Positions 24,601-35,803 of a stretch of DNA of 64,000 bases are shown here, piece after piece. This DNA is from Selaginella moellendorffii. Its lineage: Eukaryota > Plantae > Lycopodiophyta. The position numbers were made by a program, and so were the translations under genes. Positions within the stretch are counted from its first letter, which is position 1. Each line of letters begins with the position of its first letter. Location of the stretch: assembly GCF_000143415.4 (NCBI RefSeq), contig NW_003314301.1, positions 166,097 through 230,096 of the forward strand, in the 5' to 3' direction. The notes below the pieces were generated by a model. The model was not told where the DNA came from. It worked only from the letters and a program-made list of their open reading frames with translations, and ran no database searches.

Positions 24601-25300
24601 GGTAAGGTCACGTGAGGCCTCACGCCATTTTGATTATAGATCGTTGTGAATATTCAGACACGAGGACTGAAAAGCGCACTGGTGGCGCGTCGAAGAAGGA
24701 TAAACAGACAAGCAATAGGATAAAAGGAGGTACAAATTATATTTGCAATGGCGTGTGGTCTCATGCCATTCCTTGCAGGAGACACTTCTTCAAAGGCAAA
24801 ACAGGCAAGCACCAGCCAAGTACAACGGACGAGAGGTACCAATCATTTTTGTTATACGTGAATTCTCATGCCATTGCTTCTTGCAGCTCAAATTCCAAAG
24901 AGACTAGGGCAAGCAGCGCAGACCTCACGACAAGAACCTGAAGGTTTGATGGCCTGTGGCCCCACGCAATTAACTAATGTTCTTGCAGATCGTGTCGAGG
25001 AAATCGAATGGAACAACGTGCCTCCAGTGGAGGAGGGGGAGGCCTCGGAGAGTGATAAGGAGAGTTCCGAAACAGGTACAATCATGACATATGGCCCCAT
25101 GCACTTATCTAAGTTTGTATTTCAGGGGAACGAGTTGAACCAATGGAAAACTTTATGAAAGGTAACTTAAAAATATTATGGGATGTTGCATGTGTTGATG
25201 CAATAATATACAGTTCAAGTGCCAAGGAGACGTCGTGAACCTCGAATTAGGCTACCTACAAAACAGCTTTCAGACGCTGTAGACAAAGAGATGGGGTTCC
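21666..25300 (+). CDS. Multi-exon transposon cargo gene: ParB/Sulfiredoxin-like domain, helical region, degenerate DNA amino-methyltransferase-like domain; one in-frame TAA at 22520-22522
   Basis: ATG|GTAAGT at 21666-21668, intron 21669-21907, exon 21908-23086, intron 23087-23140, exon 23141-24464, then several short GT-AG introns. The first two splices are frame-preserving. ParB-like motifs 'YNHRLVSDEWVEKLKQKM', 'FYAVSGQHSSLAM', 'ISHAQN'. 3' end approximate. Confidence 0.75.
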
Positions 25301-25693
25301 ATGCCATTGTATTAATTCCATGCCATTATATTGTATTAATATTAAAAGACAATTCTTTGAGAGGATTTGCATTATACTAGAAGTGTTACAGCATGTTATT
25401 AGAAGTCTATGAAGTTGTTTTATTAATAAGGGGAAAGTAAAGATTGAATGGGGACTTGGGCTCCACCTAGACTCGGAGCAACTGAGCCAATATTAAAAGG
25501 ATGGAAAGAAATTGGACGACGATGACAAGGAGAAGAGAGAGGTGAAGCAGTGGCAGGGGGAGGAGAAGTGATTGAGTAGACATTTCCTTGTTTAAAATAA
25601 AATGGCATGTGCCTCAATGCAGTTGAATTTTGTTATATTTATATACTATATAAAGGTTTGGAAACCTTATTTTACAAGTGGGATAATGACAAT

Positions 25694-25717
25694 TCCCACT
25701 TTAACGAAATAGAGCTT
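25694..25717 (-). repeat. Right terminal inverted repeat
   Basis: Exact reverse complement of 15972-15995. Confidence 0.97.
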
Positions 25718-28553
25718 ACTACTCCAATATTGTCCTTCCTCTCACACATTTTACTCGCAAGGATGTTCCCTTCGGTCTGCTACTACCCAGCAGGCATTCG
25801 ACACACTCAAGGCAGCCTTCAGTTCTGCTCCCGTCTTGATCCACGCTGATCCCTCACAACCTTTCTTCATCAAGGCAGACGCTCCAACTTTGCCATTGGT
25901 GTTGTGCTGTCTCAACTCGGAGCGGATCAGGAATTTCATTTGGTCGCTTTCCATTCTTAGAAATTCCAGCCTGTGGAGATCAATTACGAAATCCAAAAAA
26001 AAAACGTGTAAGGCTAAAAAATAAGTAGTAAAGGGATAAAATTGAACAATATAAATCAAAGGGAATAGCCAAGGGTGGTTATGCAAGTTGGAAGTGAAGA
26101 ATCAAATGAGTGCTTAAAAGTGTTGCTATTGACAACTATGGTGTCATAAAGAGTCTAAAGTATAGAATTACCCATATTAAACTATATAGCAATTAAAAAG
26201 CTTGCAAAAGAAGAAGCTTTAGCAAGCTAAAGGACAAATCCCTTCAAAATTCCCAAAGATAATTCTGGGTAGGTTAGTACTTAAAAAGATAAATGTAAAT
26301 GATTTATAAGAACATTCAAAATGAGAGTAGTACAACAAAAGCATGGTCTTGAAATTTTCTATGAGGTGAGGCTATCAAGGTTAGAGAAATAGTTCACAAG
26401 TGTTTAAAGAGATGGTTTTAAATAAAAATTGATATTTAAGGACTTTCACATTTATATATAAAAACTATGTTATGTTAGTCAGATGACTTGCTAAGCAAGA
26501 TTAACAAATCGAAGGAACAAAAACTCTAGTTGAAGGTGTTGACCTCAAAAGGGATGGCCTATGGAAGAGTCTATACATGATCACAGACTTATTAAGTGAG
26601 AGGACTTGGAAGTTTGGAGGAATTAAGTTCCTAAATTATGATTCGTAGCATGCATTGGGTATAAATTAGTGCACTAGTGTTTAGTAAACTTAGTACCTAT
26701 TAGTAAACCCATTAAAATATTTATATAGGAGCCCTATCATTGATAATCAAGGACAAGCTCCTTGGTGGGTGAAGGAACGGTATTCATAATTCAAAGTAGT
26801 GATTTTGTTAGGGCATGGTCACTTATAGAGTGTGAGAGGGGAAAAAGGAATGTTTGAATTCTTAGAATATTCCTTATTTTCCTTGTATAAAACCTTTGCT
26901 CTATAAGGGCAAGCGGGAAAGCGGGGGGGGGGGGGGGGGGGGCTCTTGTGTTTGAGCCAGTGTTCGGGCAAATACCCCTGCTTCCCCCAATAAATAGTGA
27001 ACCCAGTGTAACGTCTAATGCTTTCTATTGCATCATTTCCCTCTTTTTCTTTCAACTGCAAACTTTGAGAAGTAATTTCTTGTTCGTCTTGTGGTGGTTT
27101 TGCTTGATCTTAGGCATGTTGGATAGGTCTTGAGCTCCTCTTTCTGGCAAGCTATGGCACTTATCAAACTGTGTAGTATTTGAGGATATACAACATTTCT
27201 TGGCTCAATTTAATGAACATTTTGGAGTTTTTCCTTTCTTGCCTAGATTCTTAACCCAATTTCTTAAGACAGTGCATTTGGGTTTGTAGATCTGGCCTGG
27301 ATCTACAAGTAAAAGTAATTTTTAGTGTTGGATTTCAAAAAATTTATGGCATGCAAAAGGATTTTCTTCTCCAACTAGATAAGAGTGCTTATCCAAGCTT
27401 TTTTTTGGATGCCATTTATTTTTGGAGGTGCTTTTGGTCCTAAGCTTTTTGAAAATATTAACAGCACCTTGGTATTGATTTGGATTGGTGACATGCAAAT
27501 GTTTTTCCACAAAATTAGTGTTCTAAGCTATGTTTTCTTGGATCTCGCAGGATATTGAGGCATTTTCATTGCAAATTCTTGGAGTAGTGTGGTAGATGGG
27601 ACTAAGCTCTTTCCAATAAGCCTTCTTGCAATCAAAATGGTGAAGGATTGAGACCAAGGTACTCATTTTTCTCTTTTGGGCTAAACGTTGGTAAGAGTTT
27701 CTTGGGAAAGAAGCAATCTTCATGGAGTAGGAGAAGGCATAAAAGCAAGAGCAGGATCAGGAGTAGGTGCAAGAGTAAAAGTTGGTGCTAGAGTAAATAT
27801 TGAAGTAAGAGCGGGAGTAGGGGGTTACTGGTTACTGGTTAACACAAGTTGTTTGTCGTTACTCTAACTCTGAGAGTCAATGGTTATATGTGCTTTGAAG
27901 TGTATCTTAGATGTTGAAGAAGTTGCACTAAAGTATGGTTATTAGCTAGCCAATTATTTTGGCTAGGGGCTCTTCTTTCTATGCTTTGGAGAAGTCTATA
28001 GTCTTACTACTCTTGTCGACCCAGTTGCCTTGATTGGGCATTTGCAGTGTTAGGGTATTTAATGTCGGTACAGACTAGACATGCGGCAAATTAGCGCCCT
28101 TTTACCATATCTCAAAGCCCTAAGGTGTGGAGTAAACTCTCTAGCATCCAAAGGCAACTTAGATATGACACGGCACCTTCTCGAGCTGAGTCTTCTTCAT
28201 CCTTAGCAGATTCTAGTGACATATGAGTATGGCACAGCCACCTTTAGCTTGACCCAGCTCCATGTTTTGTAGAAGGGGAGTGATTTGCCAACCTTCTCAG
28301 GTGTTGGAACAGTCTCTCCAACATCACATATTAATCACTTTGATTACTACTACACCACAAACATGATCATCGATAATGATTGTATGTGCTGCTACTTCTT
28401 GCAGTCTCTTGAAGGCAAAGAGGCAACTTGGGTAGATTCTCTTCTCTCAAAGGACCGAATGGACTTCTAGATGCTACTTGCTTCCTTTAGGGAACATTTC
28501 ATCGAAGAAAACCCATAAATTGACTACTTGTTAATCTCTTTTTGTTCCAATAG

Positions 28554-29686
28554 TGTAGCGCACGTGGTTTTGACCCTTTATCCTATGGTGATTTACCATA
28601 GGATAACACCACGAAGCGGAACCTAAACCCTCTTTGTGCCACGTGACAGATGCCACTTGTCACATGCCACGTGTCCATAGGAACCCGAGGTTCAGGGCCT
28701 TGGGCCACTGAACGAAGGAACGGTGCCAAACTCCCAAGCATGACGCCAAGGAGTGATGGAACCGGACCACGGAGCAACTCCCGAGCATATAGCCCAAGGA
28801 GCGAAGGGACAAGAGCCCGGAGCGACTTGGAATAGTCCTAAAGCAACCAGCATCCCAATGCCAGGACCAGCACGCAAAACGGAGCCAAACGGAGTCTGGC
28901 ACTATTTCGGCATACCGGTGGCCTAACGTGAGGATATGGGTACTCCACCAGCTAGCATGGAATGGAACTTGGGCTTAGACCCAAACCGGACGCAGAACAA
29001 GGACAGGCACGCAAGCGGGAGCTAGACTATGCCTCAGGTTGGTCGGCCATGCCCGACCTACCTACTATCCCTACTATACATTTGGAACCCCCCATAGCCC
29101 CCCCCCCTTGAGGAACACACGCTTTGGGCTTTCACCCCAAGCTTCCCTTAGTATCAGGAGTTAGTCTCTGGGACAAACTCAAAACTTACTAAATATGGAA
29201 TGTCCTTAGATTGCGAATTTGGACACGGGACGAACACCATTGTGTTCAGGCCGATCTCTACATTCCGTAGATATGCCAAATGAGCAAATCTGGACACTTG
29301 CCATAAATAGCATTTGGGACCGAAAGGAGACTAACACAAAGGGCATGATAGCGAGGGTGTTTGGCAGACACGGTAAGCTATCATGTAGCGATATTGAGGG
29401 ACCAATCTCAATACGCGAGGGTTCTTGTCAAGCCAGTGCAAGACAGAGCAAAAGAGAACTAACAAGCCGGGCCGAGTATGCTCAGCTAAATAGACACTTA
29501 GGAATTCCTTCCTTATGCTCATCCGGCCAAGTACAGATGCAAAGTCCAGTTTACTAACACTTGAACAAGAGGGACTAATAAAGGGTCCAGCAATACCGAC
29601 CTCCTGCCATCGTGGCAGTAAGGAAAGAGTGTCCGTAAGGACTGGTCGACAGGTAACTTTCGATACCCGAAGTCACATTCGCGACA
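28554..29686 (-). repeat. 3' LTR of A2
   Basis: TG...CA ends, next to the PPT. Confidence 0.96.
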
Positions 29687-32600
29687 CTCTCCCCCCCTTG
29701 GGGAAGATCGACGTCCTCGTCAATGCATACTCGAGTCTAGAATACCGCCAAGGAAACAACTCCAGAAAAAGTTCACGGTACTCACACTATGTGAGAAATG
29801 CACCAACTTAAATGAGTTAAGGGGGTAACCTCTTTGTCTAACGCGGATGCGCTACCAGCTCAGACACCTCCCGGCCGTCGCCGACAAGGAAATGACCAAC
29901 GGAGTCAGCCACCCTTGCTGCTCTGGGCGTCACCTAGCTACAAAAGTGTGATATGCCCTGCCCGCAGGAACATAGAGAGAGAAGCCAGAGGCCCCAACCC
30001 TCCTGAGCAAAGAAACCAAACCCGTCGGTAAGGTTTAGATAGACTACTGTCAACAGGCAGTTAGAGTTGTTTACACGGTCACGCCCTTTCAACGTAACAA
30101 GGAACATCAACAGAGAGGCGGGTTATGTGACCAGTCGACAGTAGCTACCCCATGACTAGAGATTTCACCATGCACACGAAGTGCCGAAGCCAGTCTGCCC
30201 ATTACTGGCCCAAACTCAAAGATCAATAGATGGACAATATCAAAGTCATAGACAATGATATTTTAGAGATTTAATTATCAGGGAATAAAGCTTAGATTAG
30301 AACACAAAAGTATTCCAAGTAAGTTATCATCCGATAAACTAGTATTACAGTATAGGAACCACCAAGATCACTATCATTGGAAAACATAGGATGCACCATC
30401 CAACAAAATTCAATAGCAAGTATATCATCAAGTAAACGCAATGATAAAACTTAACTACCAAAGATAGCAAACAGTAAGCCAACAACTTACTAGAGAGAAC
30501 TCAAAGAACACAAAGTATCATTGACTAACAAGCACAATGCTCGCGAATGTATCACCCAAAGGAAATAACATCCAAATCTATCAAAACTAACTCGAGCAAT
30601 AATCAACAGAAGAGAATGAATGTGGGAAGACCAACAAACACTCATGCCTGCTAACTATCACAAAAGCCAATCTGAATAGATCCCAGCCAACAATACCAAG
30701 GAACTCAAGTTGCCTAAGCAAGTGTTAGCAACATCCTACTGATGTCTTAAACCCAAGAGACCAATCCAGAGCAAACCACAAAGAACATGTGGTATTGCAA
30801 AAAGCCAAAAGCCATCAAAGAGAACAACCAACTATCATGAAAGATCGTCAATTAGCCCATCAATGTAGTGATGTATAATCATCGTTGAAGAAAGAATCTA
30901 CCATCCCGAAGAATAGCAAATAATTCCAAACCATCAATAATCAAGCAAAACTTGTGATAAAGACAATCAACTACCCTAGATGATAGTCAATCATCACCAA
31001 TGATTGCCAGATGCAAAAACTAACTTCAATCGAAGCTAATGAGCTAAAATGCCTTCCCCCAACAACTTCAAACAAATGGAACAATGAGCACAAAACTCAA
31101 GAACCAAAAGCTCAAAGAAGTCTATAGCCAAGTCTTGTCTAACAATGATCACGAGTCACATAGAAGCTAACTTCAATGCTAAAGAAGAAATCATGGTGCA
31201 ACCCACAATATCTTCCTCAACACATCCATAAGCCAAACTTCATAATACCAAAGCTAATGAAGAGCATTTCTGCATCAATCCAAAAGCTAAGTATAACGAA
31301 GCTATGCTCAACAAGTGATCATCAAATGATCCTCCATGAATCCATCTACAGCAAGACGTAACTCACCTCATAACAAGCACAAGAAAAATCATTAATGATT
31401 GATATATCTCGATTGAAATCCAAGAAGGATTCAATCACTTCAATGCCAATCACTAACTCTTCCTCTTATAGAGGTAGCATTGTTCACGACTAAATCACTT
31501 TTCAAGGAAAAGCTAAAGCTCAACTTCAACTAAGCAATCTTGTCTAGAACACAACTAACCCAAACTTGCCACTCAGTTCATTTGAACGTCAATACAGTTG
31601 CTAACTAGCAATTGCACGAATGCTAACAACACAAAGCTACAGCCAAATCATCAACACTATCTTCATCAAGACTAACGAAACTCGACATCAATCTTGCGGA
31701 GAGACATCTCATTTCACTGAAATCTCAATATCAACAATATCAATGACAAAGCATCACTTCAATGCCATCAATACCAAAACAAAGCTAGAAGAATGCACGA
31801 GTGAATCACCACTCAAAACTCTCCAGCAACCAAGCTAACCAAAGTCGAAGATACTTTAGTCAGTATTTGAGACCAATCCTTCAACAAAACTCAGTTACAG
31901 ATAACACTTCATCAAGGAGTGATTCACCACGTCCAAGACTTAATGAAATCTAACACCACGAACTAAATGCAACCAAATGATATCAACAGAGATAGAGTCG
32001 ATATGCCAACATGGAAAACCCATGTAAGTCTAACGATACGATCTTCCGCAACACCATTCGGTAAAGCAAGCCCATCACTGCTAAATCATCATCGAGCAAA
32101 GCAAGTGTTAACGGCCCTTGATGAAGACTACAAGTAATCACTAGTCGCAAAGCAACTAACAATCACTCCTCAACTTGCCTTCACAAGACCCAAACACCAA
32201 CTCTTGTCATCAAGTTATATACTTATCTAGCATAAACATAATACCTCAAACATGAGATAAAAGTTCATGGACAAGCACAAACTAAATGACCACTCGAATC
32301 CAACTCAACCGTAATAAGCTCACTAAAACATTTAGCCACTAGCTCTGAGCATGCCTTGAAGAGGCTAGCTATGCATGATCAACACTCAGTCGAAACTAAA
32401 GTGAAGACCATGAGATGAACTCACATCGGTACACAACCTCCTCATAGACAAAGCTATAGTATGGGTACCAACATCTCAACCTCAAACAACTAAGTTGGAC
32501 ATCACTATTCTCAACCAAGGTGCAGGGCTACCAAGACTAAGTCAAGATCAGTGAGAGCTCACTACTCTCATAGAGTCTTAGCGAAATGCAAGGTGCAACC

Positions 32601-34655
32601 TGCCACCGAGCATAATGCTACAAAAGAAAGGCATAAGAGTCACCTTTCTTAGAAAAGTGCAGCGGCCACTTTTCTACACTAACTCCAGACTCTATCCAAC
32701 TCAATTGCCTTAGCCCCAAAGGTCAGCATCCCTTTCGGGTCGCATCATACAAACTATCTACCAAGGTCTAAGCTAACCGAAGTCAACTCCAACCCCTTTT
32801 CTAGTTTGTACTGGCCTTCGAAAACGGAATGGTTTTCGGACAAAATGATCAATAGATCAGCCATTGGAAAAGTCTAAGAAAATTTGTGGAAAATTTCCCA
32901 TCCTAGAGAAAGAATGACTCTCAGTCCAGGATTGCAAACTTTCAAGACTCAACCAACTTCCTCCTACCAACAACTTCACATAGGCTTACCTCAACACAGA
33001 TTCTCATGATCCATCAATATGCTTAAGCATCGAACATCTTTACCCATTTTGACATCCGACATCCGCAAAGTGCAAAATGAACATCCAAAGCTTGATCACG
33101 AAGACCACATCTTCGGATATCCATATTGCACTAACGCTCTTCTTCAATCACTTTCAAGATCCAATGTGAAGCCAAAACACTAACAAGAAAAATGACATGG
33201 AAAAATCAAGGTCCAAGGAAAATTCCTCATCACTTGAAATAACAATGCCACTTCCACTAACACAAGTGCTAGCAATGTTAATGCCTCAACTACACATCTT
33301 CTCCATCCAACAATCTACTCCAAGTGCTAACGGATCAACCGACAAGCTATAGCAAATGAATGCTACAACCCTTTTCCAACACTTAATGGGCAAACTCAAG
33401 GAAACAAGGTACCAACTTAAGCTTAGCATAATGGACCACTATAGAGAATCCAGTCAAAGCTACTACAATGCTACTTCGTGCAAGTAGACTAGCTTCTCCA
33501 TCAACCACTTTGGGGTTGATCATCATTTAACCAAGCAACTTCGTAAACACATTGCTCATTATCACATGGTTATGATATAAATCACAATGACTTGATCATC
33601 AATTGAGTAACACAATGAGCAAGGCTTATGTCATTACTTCAAACGTTTATGTGAGTATCAAATGCCAACTCGATTCGACAAAATGCAACATAAATGCCAC
33701 ACTCCACCAATAGAGATTTACGACACCCAACACCACTAACTTTTGTTCACAACACAGACAAGCTTATGCCACTCTCTTCCTGACCAATCTCAAAACTATT
33801 CCAACACCAAGCTACTCAAGGAGCAATAGCAAGGTTCCCTGGAAAAGAATTGAGCATTGCAACCCAAGTCTTCCAATAGCAAGCTTAGATAAAATGGTTT
33901 AGCGCTTCACCGCTATCCATCCCACAACTCACCATTGTAAAACCACCATCTCCAACATGCACCAAGATAGGGACTCTTGATTGCATGATGTGAACACAAG
34001 CAATGAGTTAACACCTCGTTGCAAATCATCTTTCCAAGAAGAGAAAATGATTTACGTATTTGATCCTTTGTCCCTGACGACTCTCTTTCCGGCCTCATCT
34101 TGACTAAACCTCAAGCTTGCTTTCGCACTGCCTTCAGTTCAATCCAAGAAAAATTTATGAGAGAGCACGGTCATGATTACTTGAACCAATAGACTAATCC
34201 CTATAGTCTTGATTGATCCACTTATAATCATACCTAGGAAGGATCCACTAGTGCCGTGCTAAACAGCTACGGACCAGCCTATTTGCCACTCATAGCAAAC
34301 CCAGGGAGGTTTGCTTTCACCCATGGTACATGGAACAACTCATGGAACCAACAATAGGCTAACATTAATTCTGCCAACTCAAAGTGTAACCTCGAGTTGC
34401 TAATGCGCCTCACTCACGAGCCCAAGCGCAAACTCGTGTAACGGAACAACTCAGTCCACCCTATGAGCCCAAGAGCAAGCTCACATAATATGGAACGAAA
34501 AGGTAACCAAAACCTATCCCAAGGAACCAATGCGAAGTCTTTGCACCAAAACGTGTACCCACTCGGATCATCGTTTTCATCTCTGCGTATGCAACGAGAC
34601 TAGTTGCCCAATCTCACTGAATAGTACTCGCTGAGACTCATCCTCTGATACCAAA

Positions 34656-35803
34656 TGTAGCGCATGTGGTTTTGACCCTTTATCCTATGGTGATTTACCA
34701 TAGGATAACACCACGAAGCGGAACCTAAACCCTCTTTGTGCCACGTGACAGATGCCACGTGTCACATGCCACGTGTCCATGCCACGTGTCCATAGGAACC
34801 CGAGGTTCAGGGCCTTGGGCCACTGAACGAAGGAACGGTGCCAAACTCCCAAGCATGACGCCAAGGAGTGATGGAACCGGACCACGGAGCAACTCCCGAG
34901 CATATAGCCCAAGGAGCGAAGGGACAAGAGCCCGGAGCGACTTGGAATAGTCCTAAAGCAACCAGCATCCCAATGCCAGGACCAGCACGCAAAACGGAGC
35001 CAAACGGAGTCTGGCACTATTTCGGCATACCGGTGGCCTAACGTGAGGATATGGGTACTCCACCAGCTAGCATGGAATGGAACTTGGGCTTAGACCCAAG
35101 CCGGACGCAGAACAAGGACAGGCACGCAAGCGGGAGCTAGACTATGCCTCAGGTTGGTCGGCCATGCCCGACCTACCCACTATCCCTACTATACATTTGG
35201 AACCCCCCATAGCCCCCCCCCCCCTTGAGGAACACACGCTTTGGGCTTTCACCCCAAGCTTCCCTTAGTACCAGGAGTTAGTCTCTGGGACAAACTCAAA
35301 ACTTACTAAATATGGAATGTCCTTAGATTGCGAATTTGGACACGGGACGAACACCATTGTGTTCAGGCCGATCTCTACATTCCGTAGATATGCCAAATGA
35401 GCAAATCTGGACACTTGCCATAAATAGCATTTGGGACCGAAAGGAGACTAACACAAAGGGCATGATAGCGAGGGTGTTTGGCAGACACGGTAAGCTATCA
35501 TGTAGCGATATTGAGGGACCAATCTCAATACGCGAGGGTTCTTGTCAAGCCAGTGCAAGACAGAGCAAAAGAGAACTAACAAGCCGGGCCGAGTATGCTC
35601 AGCTAAATAGACACTTAGGAATTCCTTCCTTATGCTCATCCGGCCAAGTACAGATGCAAAGTCCAGTTTACTAACACTTGAACAAGAGGGACTAATAAAG
35701 GGTCCAGCAATACCGACCTCCTGCCATCGTGGCAGTAAGGAAAGAGTGTCCGTAAGGACTGGTCGACAGGTAACTTTCGATACCCGAAGTCACATTCGCG
35801 ACA
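34656..35803 (-). repeat. 5' LTR of A2
   Basis: TG...CA ends, next to the tRNA-iMet PBS. Confidence 0.96.

Larger units (their letters stand above)
16199..25622. repeat. Dispersed 20-bp palindrome family, consensus TGGCRTGWGGCCWCAYGCCA (~20 copies)
   Basis: Perfect copy at 19585-19604. Strong copies at 16379, 16525, 17867, 17924, 19524, 19682, 20260, 21695, 21772, 21832, 23109, 24608, 24749 and 24950. Weaker copies at 16199, 20188, 21795, 24854, 25085, 25287 and 25603. Confidence 0.92.
15972..25717. mobile_element. 9,746-bp TIR DNA transposon (Sola-like DDD transposase plus a ParB-like cargo gene)
   Basis: Perfect 24-bp TIRs AAGCTCTATTTCGTTAAAGTGGGA (15972-15995; reverse complement 25694-25717). 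4-bp TSD ACTA (15968-15971 and 25718-25721). Removing the element and one TSD restores the Gypsy pol frame. Confidence 0.95.
13765..26005 (+). mobile_element. Ty3/gypsy gag-pol pseudogene (chromovirus/Tcn1-like, tentative), split by a DNA transposon at 15972-25717
   Basis: Gag 'EFQLL...W...ALIDRFRFGL' and a degenerate CCHC knuckle 'CLYYADPNHKATICP'. Protease 'LLDSDATSCFID'. RT 'FVKKKDGSLRLVIDY...YPLPLI...KIDLHGAYN...MPFGL...YLDNILIYS'. The frame resumes after the insertion ('FIDH|YSNIVLPLTHFTRKD') into RNase H ('PFFIKADA'). Confidence 0.92.
28554..35803 (-). mobile_element. Family-A non-autonomous LTR element, intact young copy A2 (7,250 bp)
   Basis: LTRs 28554-29686 (3') and 34656-35803 (5') differ by about 5 substitutions, a 13-bp duplication and 2 C in a homopolymer. 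PBS at 34643-34653, PPT at 29687-29699, TSD AATAG at 28549-28553 and 35804-35808. Inserted in the gag of element D. Confidence 0.96.

Noticed and set aside
16199-25622. Palindromic repeats as a CRISPR array
   Set aside because: Spacing is irregular (tens to >1000 bp), the copies lie in introns of a eukaryotic gene, and there are no cas genes.
26923-26942. 20-nt poly-G run as a functional G-quadruplex
   Set aside because: It is absent from the homologous LTR at 41310-41498, so more likely slippage or a sequencing homopolymer.
28583-30031. ORFs of 60-112 aa repeated at 34685-35946
   Set aside because: They recur only because they lie in the near-identical LTRs. No protein motifs, and broken in other copies.
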